Shown here in pieces: positions 28,657 to 39,279 of a DNA stretch of 64,000 nt. Both the position numbers and the translations under genes were made by a program. The notes beneath the pieces are model-generated. The model saw only the letters and a list, made by a program, of their open reading frames with translations. It did no database searches and was not told the origin of the DNA. Within the stretch, counting starts at the first letter, position 1. The number at the start of each line of letters is the position of its first letter. Source of the DNA: a virus (Duplodnaviria > Caudoviricetes); the IMG/VR virus record IMGVR_UViG_3300031857_000014. One strand, given 5' to 3'.

Positions 28657-31600
28657 ACCTAGATTTTTACCATCAACGTAGTAAGACCAATTTGTTGTGT
28701 CTGCGCTTATTGTACTATTCTTAATATTTGCGAAAAATTTACCTGTTTCTTCCGCATATGAACGAGTAACATTTACATTATTCAGTTTTATTCTCCCGGG
28801 ATTTGTAGATTTAAAAATATATTGTCCTGAACCATTCCTATCTAATGTTAATCTTTTACTATTTGAAAACCCGTTTGTTCTAAATTGATTAAATACAGTT
28901 ACACCTGTAACACCTACACCGTTGTCACTTGTAAAATATAATGTATGTGGTTCGGTACAATTAAAAATAAACTCATCAAAACTATTTCCTGTCAATCTAG
29001 TTGATGAACCATAATACATAACTGTATAACCGGAACTTGAACCTCTTTCAAACCTAACTTTATTGTATGTAAAGGCCCCACCGTTAAAACCAATTTCATT
29101 ATTTGTTGAATCAGTAATTACTATTTCACTTGTACCACAATCAAATATAAGCGCTTCATTAGATAAATCCCAAACGGATAATGACGCTTGTGGATTTCCA
29201 GGACCAGTTAACGTTATAATACTATTATTCAAATAAAGTTCAGAGGGAAATAAATTAGTTATAAATGATGGGGCAGTTATATTTTTTGAATTAGTGTCAA
29301 AATTATGATGACGATGAACTATATAATTTGTGGAATTATAATCATCACCTAGTCTAACAGTGTGTCTAACTGGCGGTGTTATATTATCATATATGTCTAA
29401 AAGAAAATTATTTTGAACACCATTACTAAAAATATTTATATCATTGTTTCTCGGTTGTGCTTGTAATCTATTTGTAAAACCTGTTATACTATTACCTAAA
29501 TTTATATCACCATAAACAGTTAAATTTTGTGTTGTATATGCACTAATTGTTCCATTAAATGTACTAATATCAAAGTCAAAACAAGTTGCTGTACCTGTTA
29601 TTATAACAACTTCATTACCGGAATTAGTATCAAATATTGCTGAAATCGTACTACTTGGTACTGTAGAACCAGATGGTCCTCCCGAAGAAACAGACCAGTT
29701 TGATGTTGAATTCCATGATTTTGTACCACCTGAAACCCAATATCTTTCATCTGTTATGGTCCAACCTGAATTACTGCTAGAAACACCTTCAATACTACCT
29801 CTAGCATACCAAATATTTTCAACCGGTATTACTTGTGACCTTCTTATGTCTAAATAAAAACATTTTGTTATTTCTGATTGTGTTGACGTACTTTTTTGTA
29901 TTGTGTATTGTGGTGTACTGCCAGAATTACCAATATTGTTTAAAATTATTCTTGCGGTTGGAATACCATTTACATTAAAAATGTCAACTGTTTGAGTAGA
30001 CCCATCTTGAAACAATAATGAATGTGCCGGTATTGTGAAATTTGTTAATTTCTGACCAGATAAACTATATTCGTTTCCGTCTTTAAGTTCTCTAAATGTA
30101 TTGTTACCAAGGATATGATTCGATGAAGTACTACCAGTTCTGTTAATCCAAAAAGTATCATACGTTTTATTTCCGCCGTTAAATGTGGCAATTGCCGCAC
30201 TACTTGAATTTGTTAATTTTATTGTACTTCCAGTGGCGTTCAATGTAAATGTGCTGGGGTTATCAATTGACCAAACTGCAGTGTCCGAACCATTTGATTG
30301 AGTTATTTCCCATGTTGTGCCACTAGCAATTGTTAATGTTCTATTTGGTGTTGAATTATTAGTTAAAAATTTACCTATTGTTGCTCCACCATTACTAATT
30401 AGTGTTCCTGATCTTAAAGATAAAGTTCTAGGTGAACCATTTATAAATCCATCTACTTGTACTGTAGTCCCGGTTATATCAATATATGTTGGGGAATTAC
30501 CTGAAATTGAAATCTTACCACTAAAATATCCTGAAGATTGTCCATTAAATTCAAAGTTATCAATTATAAATTGGTAATCATTAGAATTAATACCACTTAT
30601 TGAAGAATTATCAAACAAAGATACTTTACCATCAGACCTAAATAATCCACCATTATTTAATAAAACACCATTGTTATAGATTAACGTATTAGAGGTGGGG
30701 GTTACAGTACAGTTGTGTGTAAATGTTCCTGCAGATATCGTTATTGCATTACAATTATAGTTTGCTAATGGGTTTGATATAGTTAAAATGGGGTCAACTG
30801 ATAATGGTGTTTCTCTTTTTAAAATTGTATTTGTAACTGTCGATGTGCCTGACTGAGTTAGATATAATTCACCTCCGGTAATGTTCAAATTCCTTAAATC
30901 AACAGTACCATTTACAGAATTTAAGTATGTTATACCACTTGTAAAAATTTCTAAAAACCCACCAGTATTTTGATAAACGTCACTTAAATTTAAAAATTTA
31001 CCTCCACTTAGAATATCTAAATTAACAAAATTTAAATTAGGGCAACTAAAATAGTCTGATCTGTTATAGATAGACATTATTTGTGTGCTTATTAATGGAT
31101 TTGGATTACTTGTAAAATCTATATATCCACCGTTATATACATTTATTGTTCTACCCGAAAATACATTATCTGTTTTAAAAGTTACTCCACTCAAATTAAG
31201 TACACCTATATTTGTGTCACCACTAATAATTAATTTAGTATTATTTTTAGACGCGGTTATTGCAGAAGCTGATGAGAAGGTTGTTGTATTTCCATTTACA
31301 TAAAAATATTGGTCGTTATTTCCAATAAAATTTAATTCACCAAATGTTGAATTTGTTGGGTCAAATGTTAAACCACTAAACAATGTTAAATTACCATATA
31401 AGTAAAGATTTGCTGCGGTGTATAACCATCTACCTGTGGATGTTGTAAAATCTATATTTCCTCTAACAATAAGACCATCACTAAAAATAAACCCAGTACC
31501 TGAAGGAATAGTTACATATAAATTATTAATGTTTGGTGGAGGTGTATCAAATCCAACTCTTTCAGCTATACAATTTATGTAAAAATCGTTTAATTGAAAA

Positions 31601-32325
31601 TTATTAGCAGATCGAACAAGTTTTCTACCTAAAGATTCTCCAGTAATATAAATTGAATTTATACTTACAGTTAAACCAGTTGTGGTTGAAGTATTCCAAA
31701 CAAATACCGATGTACCTGTCGTACTTCCACCACCAATTAAATTTAATTTACTTATACCAGTACATGTAACAGTTCTACCACTTGATGTTGTTGACACAAA
31801 ACTACCAAGTGTTGCATTATATGTTCCGTTATCTCCATTAAAATTTACCCTACCTGTTGATAATGTAAACGTTACACCTGAATTTGTTTCAAAATAATCA
31901 TCAAAATCATAAGTTGCGCCAGTTACTGTTGGGTTAACACTAAACACATTATTTATTGTCATTCCATTTCTAATCACTTTACGTGATAATGCGGAAGTTG
32001 CGTTTAATCTTATTTGTGCAGATGATGAGATTGATGGTGAACCAACTAATGAATAATTATTTGCACTACCATCCCCACCATTTATTGTTAAAATAATTCC
32101 AGATGTACTTGTAGAAAATCCTCCTGTGTATCCCGAAAAATTTACACTTTTGATTGTTGTTGACGCATTAATATTTAATGTTCCTGGCCCTGAGTTTTGA
32201 TTTATAATAGCGTCATCTGCTGTAGTAATACTTACAGGTGTACCTGTAAGTTGTGCATTTGTATACCAACGAGAGGTGTTCCAATTCGCCGTTCCACCAG
32301 ATAAATACCAATATCTTATTGCCAT
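28639..32325 (-). CDS. large virion fibre/spike-like protein with internal duplication
   Basis: 1228 aa, T/S/G/N-rich; RYWYLSGGTANWN repeated as RYWVSGGTKSWN; FNGGNKTY repeated as FNGGAFTY. Confidence 0.6.
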   Translation of the reverse strand: MAIRYWYLSGGTANWNTSRWYTNAQLTGTPVSITTADDAIINQNSGPGTLNINASTTIKSVNFSGYTGGFSTSTSGIILTINGGDGSANNYSLVGSPSISSSAQIRLNATSALSRKVIRNGMTINNVFSVNPTVTGATYDFDDYFETNSGVTFTLSTGRVNFNGDNGTYNATLGSFVSTTSSGRTVTCTGISKLNLIGGGSTTGTSVFVWNTSTTTGLTVSINSIYITGESLGRKLVRSANNFQLNDFYINCIAERVGFDTPPPNINNLYVTIPSGTGFIFSDGLIVRGNIDFTTSTGRWLYTAANLYLYGNLTLFSGLTFDPTNSTFGELNFIGNNDQYFYVNGNTTTFSSASAITASKNNTKLIISGDTNIGVLNLSGVTFKTDNVFSGRTINVYNGGYIDFTSNPNPLISTQIMSIYNRSDYFSCPNLNFVNLDILSGGKFLNLSDVYQNTGGFLEIFTSGITYLNSVNGTVDLRNLNITGGELYLTQSGTSTVTNTILKRETPLSVDPILTISNPLANYNCNAITISAGTFTHNCTVTPTSNTLIYNNGVLLNNGGLFRSDGKVSLFDNSSISGINSNDYQFIIDNFEFNGQSSGYFSGKISISGNSPTYIDITGTTVQVDGFINGSPRTLSLRSGTLISNGGATIGKFLTNNSTPNRTLTIASGTTWEITQSNGSDTAVWSIDNPSTFTLNATGSTIKLTNSSSAAIATFNGGNKTYDTFWINRTGSTSSNHILGNNTFRELKDGNEYSLSGQKLTNFTIPAHSLLFQDGSTQTVDIFNVNGIPTARIILNNIGNSGSTPQYTIQKSTSTQSEITKCFYLDIRRSQVIPVENIWYARGSIEGVSSSNSGWTITDERYWVSGGTKSWNSTSNWSVSSGGPSGSTVPSSTISAIFDTNSGNEVVIITGTATCFDFDISTFNGTISAYTTQNLTVYGDINLGNSITGFTNRLQAQPRNNDINIFSNGVQNNFLLDIYDNITPPVRHTVRLGDDYNSTNYIVHRHHNFDTNSKNITAPSFITNLFPSELYLNNSIITLTGPGNPQASLSVWDLSNEALIFDCGTSEIVITDSTNNEIGFNGGAFTYNKVRFERGSSSGYTVMYYGSSTRLTGNSFDEFIFNCTEPHTLYFTSDNGVGVTGVTVFNQFRTNGFSNSKRLTLDRNGSGQYIFKSTNPGRIKLNNVNVTRSYAEETGKFFANIKNSTISADTTNWSYYVDGKNLGLLGVG

Positions 32326-32332
32326 ATATTAA

Positions 32333-32794
32333 TTAGTCCTTATAAAAAATGTTAATACTTAATTCATTATCTACAGTTGGTGATGTTGTTCCAGTACTAC
32401 TTACTGTTGTACCTACATTGTAAGTAATACCCGTATTAAAACTTATTCCTCCGGGAAAAGAACAGTTAGCGCCAGCACTTGATGGAATTACAACAGAAAA
32501 TTTAAATCCCCCTGATATAGAACCAACAGACTGTACAGAAGTGTTGTCATAAAAACTAATTCTTCTTACATTCAATGAATCGTTATAAATGTACCATCCA
32601 GTTATTCTGGCCGGTGAAGACGTTATTACTTGTTGATTCACACCCGAAAGAGATACATAATGATGAATGTTCGCACCACCAGTTGATGTTTCTTGTATTG
32701 ATGTTTTTATTGTCGATTGATTTGAAGCAACTACTACAGGTGTTGAACCTGTCATTAATGCTTGACCATTTGGATTTTGTGGATTATATGCCAT
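32333..32794 (-). CDS. putative virion structural protein
   Basis: 153 aa, beta-rich, co-transcribed with fibre genes. Confidence 0.5.
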   Translation of the reverse strand: MAYNPQNPNGQALMTGSTPVVVASNQSTIKTSIQETSTGGANIHHYVSLSGVNQQVITSSPARITGWYIYNDSLNVRRISFYDNTSVQSVGSISGGFKFSVVIPSSAGANCSFPGGISFNTGITYNVGTTVSSTGTTSPTVDNELSINIFYKD

Positions 32795-32798
32795 GTTA

Positions 32799-35700
32799 TT
32801 AAATTATATACCATTCTGTATTATCTGTTATCAACGTTATTGATGCATATTGTACTTTAATTTCTGCAGTTGTACCATCATCAATTGTTTCTGAAGTGTC
32901 AGCGTCAACTGTCACAATGTTACTAGTGTTATCTGTTTTTTTAATTGTGTATTTCGCTGTGTTACCGACTACTGTAGGTAGATTAATTGTAATTGCATTT
33001 GATGCCGCGTCAGCCAATATAATTAATTCACCTGTAGTTGCCGATACGGTATGTGTTGAACCAGTTACCTTAACTACACTATACCCACCTGTAGGTATTG
33101 TTTGTGTACTAAGTTGTCCAGTACTATCCGCAACAACCATTCTTGTTGTTGCACCTGAGAGATTTTCAAAAATATTTACACCTGTGGTTTTAACTGAACC
33201 ACTAACAACTAATTTATTATTAGGGTCAGTATTTCCTATACCAATATTACCGTTTGACTTTATATAAATTGCATCATTGAAACCGCCATTTTCTTTAATT
33301 TGAAAAACAAAATCACCAGACCCATTACTACTTGTAGATGTAAGTTTACTACCTATTCTAGCAATACCAATGTTTGATGTGGTATGTTGAAATGACATCA
33401 AAGAATAAGAATTGGTTGTCGATGATTTATTTAAAATTGCTAGTGACGCGGTATAATCATCAATACCTAATGAACTATTTGTTTGAGTTGCTCTTATAGC
33501 ATTAATGGTACTGCCACTATCTGTTGTTACTTCTAGTCTACATGATGGTGATGGTGTATTAATACCTAGTCTTTTATCCGTATTATTCCAAACAATATCT
33601 TGATCACTCGATAACGAAGAGGTTCCATTCCAAAATGCAACTCTTCCGGAAGTTCCTGAGCCTGCAATTGTACCTCCGGATATCGCTTGTGTACTTAAAA
33701 CACCATTTGTGTCAGCAACAACCATTCTTGTTCCTGAACCAACTAAATTATCTACGGTTATTTTTCCGTCTTGACCACCTATTTTTAATCTTTGTGATAA
33801 TGTCTGTATGCTTGTACCTGTTGAACCTGATGTTGATGTTCTAAAAATAATGTCACCTCCTTTACCACCACCAGTACCTCTACCAGCATTAATTTCAAAA
33901 TTAGAACCAACAACATTTGAACCAATTGCCGATGGTGCATATAAATTCAAATTAGCACTTGAAGTACCACTAACATATGGTCCCGCACCTAAATAAAAAT
34001 TATTTACATATGATGAACTATTAAATCCACCACCAATAAATGCGTATTGTGATGTTAGTCCTGTTAGTACTTGTGACGCATCGTTATTTTCGTATCCACC
34101 ACCAGCAATGATATGTATTGAATCACTTGTTGAAGAAGGAATATTAGTTTGATCTCCACTACCAATAAATGTATTTTGTGTTCCTGTGGTGTTTCCTCTT
34201 CCACTATTTCTTCCAAGATGAACTGAGTACCTACCACCAGATGTTGTTGATGACGAGGAATTGACACCAATGGAAATTAATGAGGTTGCTCCAGTCAAAA
34301 TAGATGTTGCAGCCCCTCTACCTATAAAAACACCGTCTTGTGGATTGTTGTCGTCATTACCAACATCATCAACACCCGAACCAATTCTAATTGCAGTTTT
34401 AAGAGGTATGTTGATTGTGTCAAAGAATTTTAATTTACCTTGTATATCAACATTACCAACAACATCCAATATATTACCACTAGTTATCCCTGTTGTTCCA
34501 ATACCTACACCTCCAGATGTTGTATTAAATAAAACATCACCTCTGGTATTTTCAAACGCTATCTGTCTACCATTAAATGTAGCACTTACATTTGGATTAT
34601 AATAAAATGCTCTAACTGTACCACTATATGGACTACCAACCGTTTGATAAATTGGTTCAACAGTTAAAAAATTAAATGTGGTGTCACCAGATTGACTTAA
34701 TACCCTACCTGTTAATTTTGTATTATTAAATGTTCCTCCATTTTGTGACAAATCACCAAAACCTACTTCAAGTTCTGTAAACCCACTTGTTATTATATTA
34801 CCACCAACAGTACCAATAAAAGTTCTAGTTCCAGACTTATTTGGAACACCGATTTGAATTTTCTCACTACCACCGGAAATTTTAGGTGCACCATCACCAA
34901 AACTAAAAACTATTCCATTACCAAATGTTGTAGTGTCACCAGTACCAATACCAATTCTTGTATCACCACTAACATCTAAAATATACAACGCACTTGGAGT
35001 TGTTGTACCAATACCAACTGATGTGTCATTATCGGTTATTAATGAACTTGCTTTTTGTTTTTTGGTGGAACCAGCACCATCCCAAACAACCACTCTATTG
35101 TCTGTGCCTGAACCATGTGTTAATCCTGTTATTGTAAATGCGTTAGAACCCGTATTTGTAGTTGTTGTTACTTCACCATTAGTATCGTTAAATGTTGTTG
35201 TTGTTATATATGTATCAGTAAATCCTGAGGTTAATCCAGAAACATTAAAAGGAGGTGCACCGTTACTTGTAAATGTTATTACTCCATTACCTGGATTGTA
35301 TGTTCCTCCCGTAATAGTTACGTCTGCAGCCAATGACGATAAATCCACACTAAATCCTGTATTGTAGTTTGTGTAAATAAATAAACTGTGTGAGGGTTGT
35401 CCTGGTGGTTGATATGTAAATCCTGTTATTTTAGGTAAGTTTGTTAAATACTGACCATCACCATAAAATGTGGTACCAGATATTGTTGTTGCAGATATTG
35501 TTGGTACATTTAGTTGCCCTGTTAATGTACCTCCGGTCGTGGATAAAAAAGAAGGTAAATTTTGATAGTATGTTGCATATATTGTTGTTGCTGTTATCCC
35601 ACTTTGAAATATCGTATCTCCTGATACTGTACCACCAGTTAAAGATAAAAAATTATTTCCTGAGCTACCTATTGTGAATGGTGTCCAATCGGATGCTGCT

Positions 35701-35930
35701 CCTGTCCATGTATTTCCTGTTAATGTATAATACGTTACCGGTGTTCCTGAAACACCAACCACCATACCGATTCTTCTCCTCGCATTAGGGATTGCATACA
35801 TGTCCGCTAAAGAACCAACGTTTCTCCATCCATCTATACCATATATTGGGTCAATAACTGCATATTGATCTGAAGTGTTTGTCGGTGATATGAAACCTAA
35901 AACTTGTACTCCTCCTGATATTTCACCCAT
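32799..35930 (-). CDS. tail fibre-like protein
   Basis: 1043 aa G/T/S-rich; repeated GNIGIG/VGIGTT and RMVVADxxGxLSTQ fibre-type repeats. Confidence 0.7.
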   Translation of the reverse strand: MGEISGGVQVLGFISPTNTSDQYAVIDPIYGIDGWRNVGSLADMYAIPNARRRIGMVVGVSGTPVTYYTLTGNTWTGAASDWTPFTIGSSGNNFLSLTGGTVSGDTIFQSGITATTIYATYYQNLPSFLSTTGGTLTGQLNVPTISATTISGTTFYGDGQYLTNLPKITGFTYQPPGQPSHSLFIYTNYNTGFSVDLSSLAADVTITGGTYNPGNGVITFTSNGAPPFNVSGLTSGFTDTYITTTTFNDTNGEVTTTTNTGSNAFTITGLTHGSGTDNRVVVWDGAGSTKKQKASSLITDNDTSVGIGTTTPSALYILDVSGDTRIGIGTGDTTTFGNGIVFSFGDGAPKISGGSEKIQIGVPNKSGTRTFIGTVGGNIITSGFTELEVGFGDLSQNGGTFNNTKLTGRVLSQSGDTTFNFLTVEPIYQTVGSPYSGTVRAFYYNPNVSATFNGRQIAFENTRGDVLFNTTSGGVGIGTTGITSGNILDVVGNVDIQGKLKFFDTINIPLKTAIRIGSGVDDVGNDDNNPQDGVFIGRGAATSILTGATSLISIGVNSSSSTTSGGRYSVHLGRNSGRGNTTGTQNTFIGSGDQTNIPSSTSDSIHIIAGGGYENNDASQVLTGLTSQYAFIGGGFNSSSYVNNFYLGAGPYVSGTSSANLNLYAPSAIGSNVVGSNFEINAGRGTGGGKGGDIIFRTSTSGSTGTSIQTLSQRLKIGGQDGKITVDNLVGSGTRMVVADTNGVLSTQAISGGTIAGSGTSGRVAFWNGTSSLSSDQDIVWNNTDKRLGINTPSPSCRLEVTTDSGSTINAIRATQTNSSLGIDDYTASLAILNKSSTTNSYSLMSFQHTTSNIGIARIGSKLTSTSSNGSGDFVFQIKENGGFNDAIYIKSNGNIGIGNTDPNNKLVVSGSVKTTGVNIFENLSGATTRMVVADSTGQLSTQTIPTGGYSVVKVTGSTHTVSATTGELIILADAASNAITINLPTVVGNTAKYTIKKTDNTSNIVTVDADTSETIDDGTTAEIKVQYASITLITDNTEWYII

Positions 35931-35955
35931 AATTAATTAATGTTTTTATTTTTTA

Positions 35956-37173
35956 TCATTGACATAACCAAGCATTATATTGACCTGCGAATTGATTATC
36001 TGTTTTATATATCATATACGCTGTCGAAACACCGTATGTGTTTGTAAACGACACTGTTCCACCAGTTGTGTACGGTATATTAGAACCTTGACAACCTGAT
36101 GTAGAATTTCTTAAATTTGTTGGTTGTGTTAATCCAGTTGGAATTATTAAGTATCCGTATTCTGGATTTACAGTTGGGTCCCAAGTAATATAATTGTTAA
36201 CGACACTTGTCACTAATGCAGTATCAGTTAAACCCGTAATTTCTAATGGTGTTATGGTGGTACCGGAATATTTTCCATAATACCATCTATATCTCCAGTT
36301 ACCATTTATTGAACGAGTAAATAAATTACTTCGAGTATCGTACGCACTAATTGTATAAATAAGTTGAGTTGTTGGTGTTGTACTTGAAAATGTTGGAGAT
36401 GTGGTTGTTATTGATTTTGAAGTACCTGTTAGACCATTTGATATTGTTCTGAATTGTGATGTTCCAGTGTACTCTATAATTGATATTGTGCCCGCACTTA
36501 AATTTTGACTATCTTGTATTCCCCAACTATATGTTTTTGTTCCTGCTGTTACAGATTGACCTAATTCAAATGTCGGTAACGTAGGACTAACACTAAATGA
36601 CGAAAATGCCGGTTCTTCATATGGATACAATAATAAATCCCAAACTTCTTGAAATGTTTTTCCAGTTAATATTGTATTTTCAGCAATACCCCCTACTTGT
36701 ATTGTTGTTGCACCTGTATTTGTAAATGATAATGAACCACCATTACCAAAAAACGTACCACCACTAATTGTTGTTGCGGTTAAACCTGCTTGAAATGTCG
36801 TTTGACCAGCAACGGTACCACCTGTAAATGTTCCTCCACCGGAACCAGTTGTTCCTGTAAAATTTACACCAAAATTTGGGTATGTACCTGTTATTTGAAT
36901 ATTTGTACCACCGGATATTGTTACAGTTTGGTCTGGATTAGAATTACTTATCGTTATACCTGTGTTACCACCAGTAACAGATATACCTGTACCACCACTT
37001 ATTTTGGTTAGTATGTCACTACTATTGACATTTATAGTACCTGCGGTTATACCCGATACGAATAAATTTTCCGCAAATACATTTTTTAGATAATTTTCCT
37101 GAGTTCCTAAATCAACATCACCAAAGTATGGGTCAGTATCAATTTGTGACCAATTTATTTTCTGTAACGACAT
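35956..37173 (-). CDS. putative virion structural/fibre protein
   Basis: 405 aa G/T-rich (ISGGT repeats); TATTTATT upstream at 37192-37199. Confidence 0.6.
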   Translation of the reverse strand: MSLQKINWSQIDTDPYFGDVDLGTQENYLKNVFAENLFVSGITAGTINVNSSDILTKISGGTGISVTGGNTGITISNSNPDQTVTISGGTNIQITGTYPNFGVNFTGTTGSGGGTFTGGTVAGQTTFQAGLTATTISGGTFFGNGGSLSFTNTGATTIQVGGIAENTILTGKTFQEVWDLLLYPYEEPAFSSFSVSPTLPTFELGQSVTAGTKTYSWGIQDSQNLSAGTISIIEYTGTSQFRTISNGLTGTSKSITTTSPTFSSTTPTTQLIYTISAYDTRSNLFTRSINGNWRYRWYYGKYSGTTITPLEITGLTDTALVTSVVNNYITWDPTVNPEYGYLIIPTGLTQPTNLRNSTSGCQGSNIPYTTGGTVSFTNTYGVSTAYMIYKTDNQFAGQYNAWLCQ

Positions 37174-37223
37174 ATAAAAGTTTATCTTTTAAATAAATAC
37201 TTTTATTTGACGTTTAATAAATT

Positions 37224-37245
37224 AAAAAAGGGGGTTAAACCCCCT
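37224..37245 (-). terminator. intrinsic terminator
   Basis: AGGGGGT-TAA-ACCCCCT stem plus T-tract on the minus strand, overlapping the glutaredoxin stop. Confidence 0.65.
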
Positions 37246-37519
37246 CATTATAATGATTTTTTATTTTTTCTACTATTTCGTCTTCACTTTCGAAATCTTT
37301 TCCCGGAATATATATGAATCCGTCATCAGAATTTTCTTGTTTAATAAAAACTGTCGGTATTAAATCCTCACCAGTTTGTTCTACTACTTGTTCCCAAATT
37401 TTTTCATTTTGTGTTATTTCAACATCTAAATATGGGATATTAATTTCATCAAGTCTATCTTTCAAACTTGAACAATGTGAACAACCATTTAGTGTAAAAA
37501 TAACAATAGTATTCTTCAT
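37235..37519 (-). CDS. glutaredoxin-like protein
   Basis: FTLNGCSHC, LIPTVFI. Confidence 0.8.
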   Translation of the reverse strand: MKNTIVIFTLNGCSHCSSLKDRLDEINIPYLDVEITQNEKIWEQVVEQTGEDLIPTVFIKQENSDDGFIYIPGKDFESEDEIVEKIKNHYNEGV

Positions 37520-37824
37520 TACATATTTTTTAGAATTTCTCTATAAAACGACTCCAATTGTACTCCTGTTGAACGACTTATAAGTTTATTACCATCAAAA
37601 AACATAACGGTAGGTACTGAACTAATACCAGAATTAATTAAATAATCTCTATTTGTGTCAGCATTTAATTTTACAAATTTGATATCAGGGTAATCTGATT
37701 CAATTTTTTCTAATCTTGGTACTAAGGTTTTACATGGACCACACCAAGACGCGGTTATGTCCACTAACATTTTTGTATTATTACTTTGTAATTCTTCTAA
37801 TTTTTTTGTGTCAATAAATTCCAT
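37519..37824 (-). CDS. thioredoxin
   Basis: ASWCGPCK, SVPTVMFF. Confidence 0.9.
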   Translation of the reverse strand: MEFIDTKKLEELQSNNTKMLVDITASWCGPCKTLVPRLEKIESDYPDIKFVKLNADTNRDYLINSGISSVPTVMFFDGNKLISRSTGVQLESFYREILKNM

Positions 37825-37825
37825 T

Positions 37826-38992
37826 TTAAAATCCTATTTTACTTTTATTATTTGTTTTATAAAATTCAACGTCTACATTATAGATATCCGCTAAAGCCAT
37901 TTCTTCTGTAGAAGTATAATCTTTTTCAAGGTGTTTTAGTAGTTTATTTGTATTTTCAACAGAAAGTTTTTCAAATTTATGTTCCGCAATTAATCTTCCT
38001 TTACGAAGTAATGCTGGATCAATCTTTTCTCTTTTCATATTGAATGTTGCAATTATCTGAATATTCAAACAATCACCCAAAATACCGTCAGTTATGTTTA
38101 ATATGTTTGAAACACCAACCGCCGAACCATTTCCTTCTCTATCCGCAATTACTCTTTCAGCATCTTCTATAATTAATATAGAATTTTTGTGTGACATAAG
38201 AAATGGTATAATTGATGGTTCAGATAACATTTCCGCCATTGATGGAGGAATAAACAAGATATTTTTTTCTTCAATTAAACTAGTTAAATGTTTTATGTAA
38301 GAAGTTTTTCCTGTACCTGGTTCACCATGTAGTAAAATAATACCTTTACCGTTTGGTTTATTTAATCTACTAACTATTAAATCATGTATTTTAATAAATT
38401 CTTCACCATAATTTAAACCTAAATCCATAGGTGGAATTGTTAGGTCATAATCTTCAACATCTAAATGACCCATATCACTTTTAACCAAACTGATACTTGA
38501 TTTTTTCTTGTCTCTCTTAAATTCAGATATTTTCTTTAGATTAATTTGTTTATCTAAACTACCTAATTTTATATCATATAAAAATGTAACTTGAACTAAA
38601 TCATCATTTTTTTTATTTGTTTCAATTTTTTTGGGAGAAAAGAATGAATTGAAACTCCAAACGCTATCACCCATTTGGTTATCAATTTTTATCATCATCC
38701 TTAACTTTTCGTTTACAAACAATGCGTTTGAAACTTTATCTTCTCTTCTATTAACGGTGGATATTAACGAGTGTTTTTCAAACCCAATTGATTCAAAATA
38801 TTTTATAATGCTCTGACAATAGTGTGTACTATCTGAATATTTTGATACTATTGAATCAAAATTCACAACAAAATATTGTTCCGCAGGAATTTCACTACCA
38901 TACGAGGTATCGTAAACCTGTATGAATGACGGACGTGTTTTTTCCGTTAACTTTAATGATGACATGTAATTTTTTATTATTAATTTAAACAA
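37826..38992 (-). CDS. AAA+ ATPase
   Basis: LHGEPGTGKT (Walker A), LIIEDAE (Walker B), IATFN, DPALLRKGRL. Confidence 0.85.
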   Translation of the reverse strand: MFKLIIKNYMSSLKLTEKTRPSFIQVYDTSYGSEIPAEQYFVVNFDSIVSKYSDSTHYCQSIIKYFESIGFEKHSLISTVNRREDKVSNALFVNEKLRMMIKIDNQMGDSVWSFNSFFSPKKIETNKKNDDLVQVTFLYDIKLGSLDKQINLKKISEFKRDKKKSSISLVKSDMGHLDVEDYDLTIPPMDLGLNYGEEFIKIHDLIVSRLNKPNGKGIILLHGEPGTGKTSYIKHLTSLIEEKNILFIPPSMAEMLSEPSIIPFLMSHKNSILIIEDAERVIADREGNGSAVGVSNILNITDGILGDCLNIQIIATFNMKREKIDPALLRKGRLIAEHKFEKLSVENTNKLLKHLEKDYTSTEEMALADIYNVDVEFYKTNNKSKIGF

Positions 38993-39279
38993 ATAGAACC
39001 ATAACCATTAACCTCAAAAAATAGATTACTATCTTTTTCTTTTTCAAAATTTGAACCATTTACCATTTCTCTTAATAATTCAAATTGTTCTCTAGAAAGT
39101 TCGGGTTGATTAGCGTCTTCAAAATTTTTTTGTGCGAATTCGGTTAAAAATTCAAAAAATGTGTCTTCATCTTTTTTTCCAATAAAGTAATCTCGAGTCT
39201 CTTTACTTTTTTTAAAGTAATCTTTCACATTCTGAATATAAATTAAAACTTCTGGTGACATATTATCGTGTTTTTTCAA
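38980..39279 (-). CDS. hypothetical protein
   Basis: 99 aa ORF. Confidence 0.55.
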   Translation of the reverse strand: MKKHDNMSPEVLIYIQNVKDYFKKSKETRDYFIGKKDEDTFFEFLTEFAQKNFEDANQPELSREQFELLREMVNGSNFEKEKDSNLFFEVNGYGSICLN

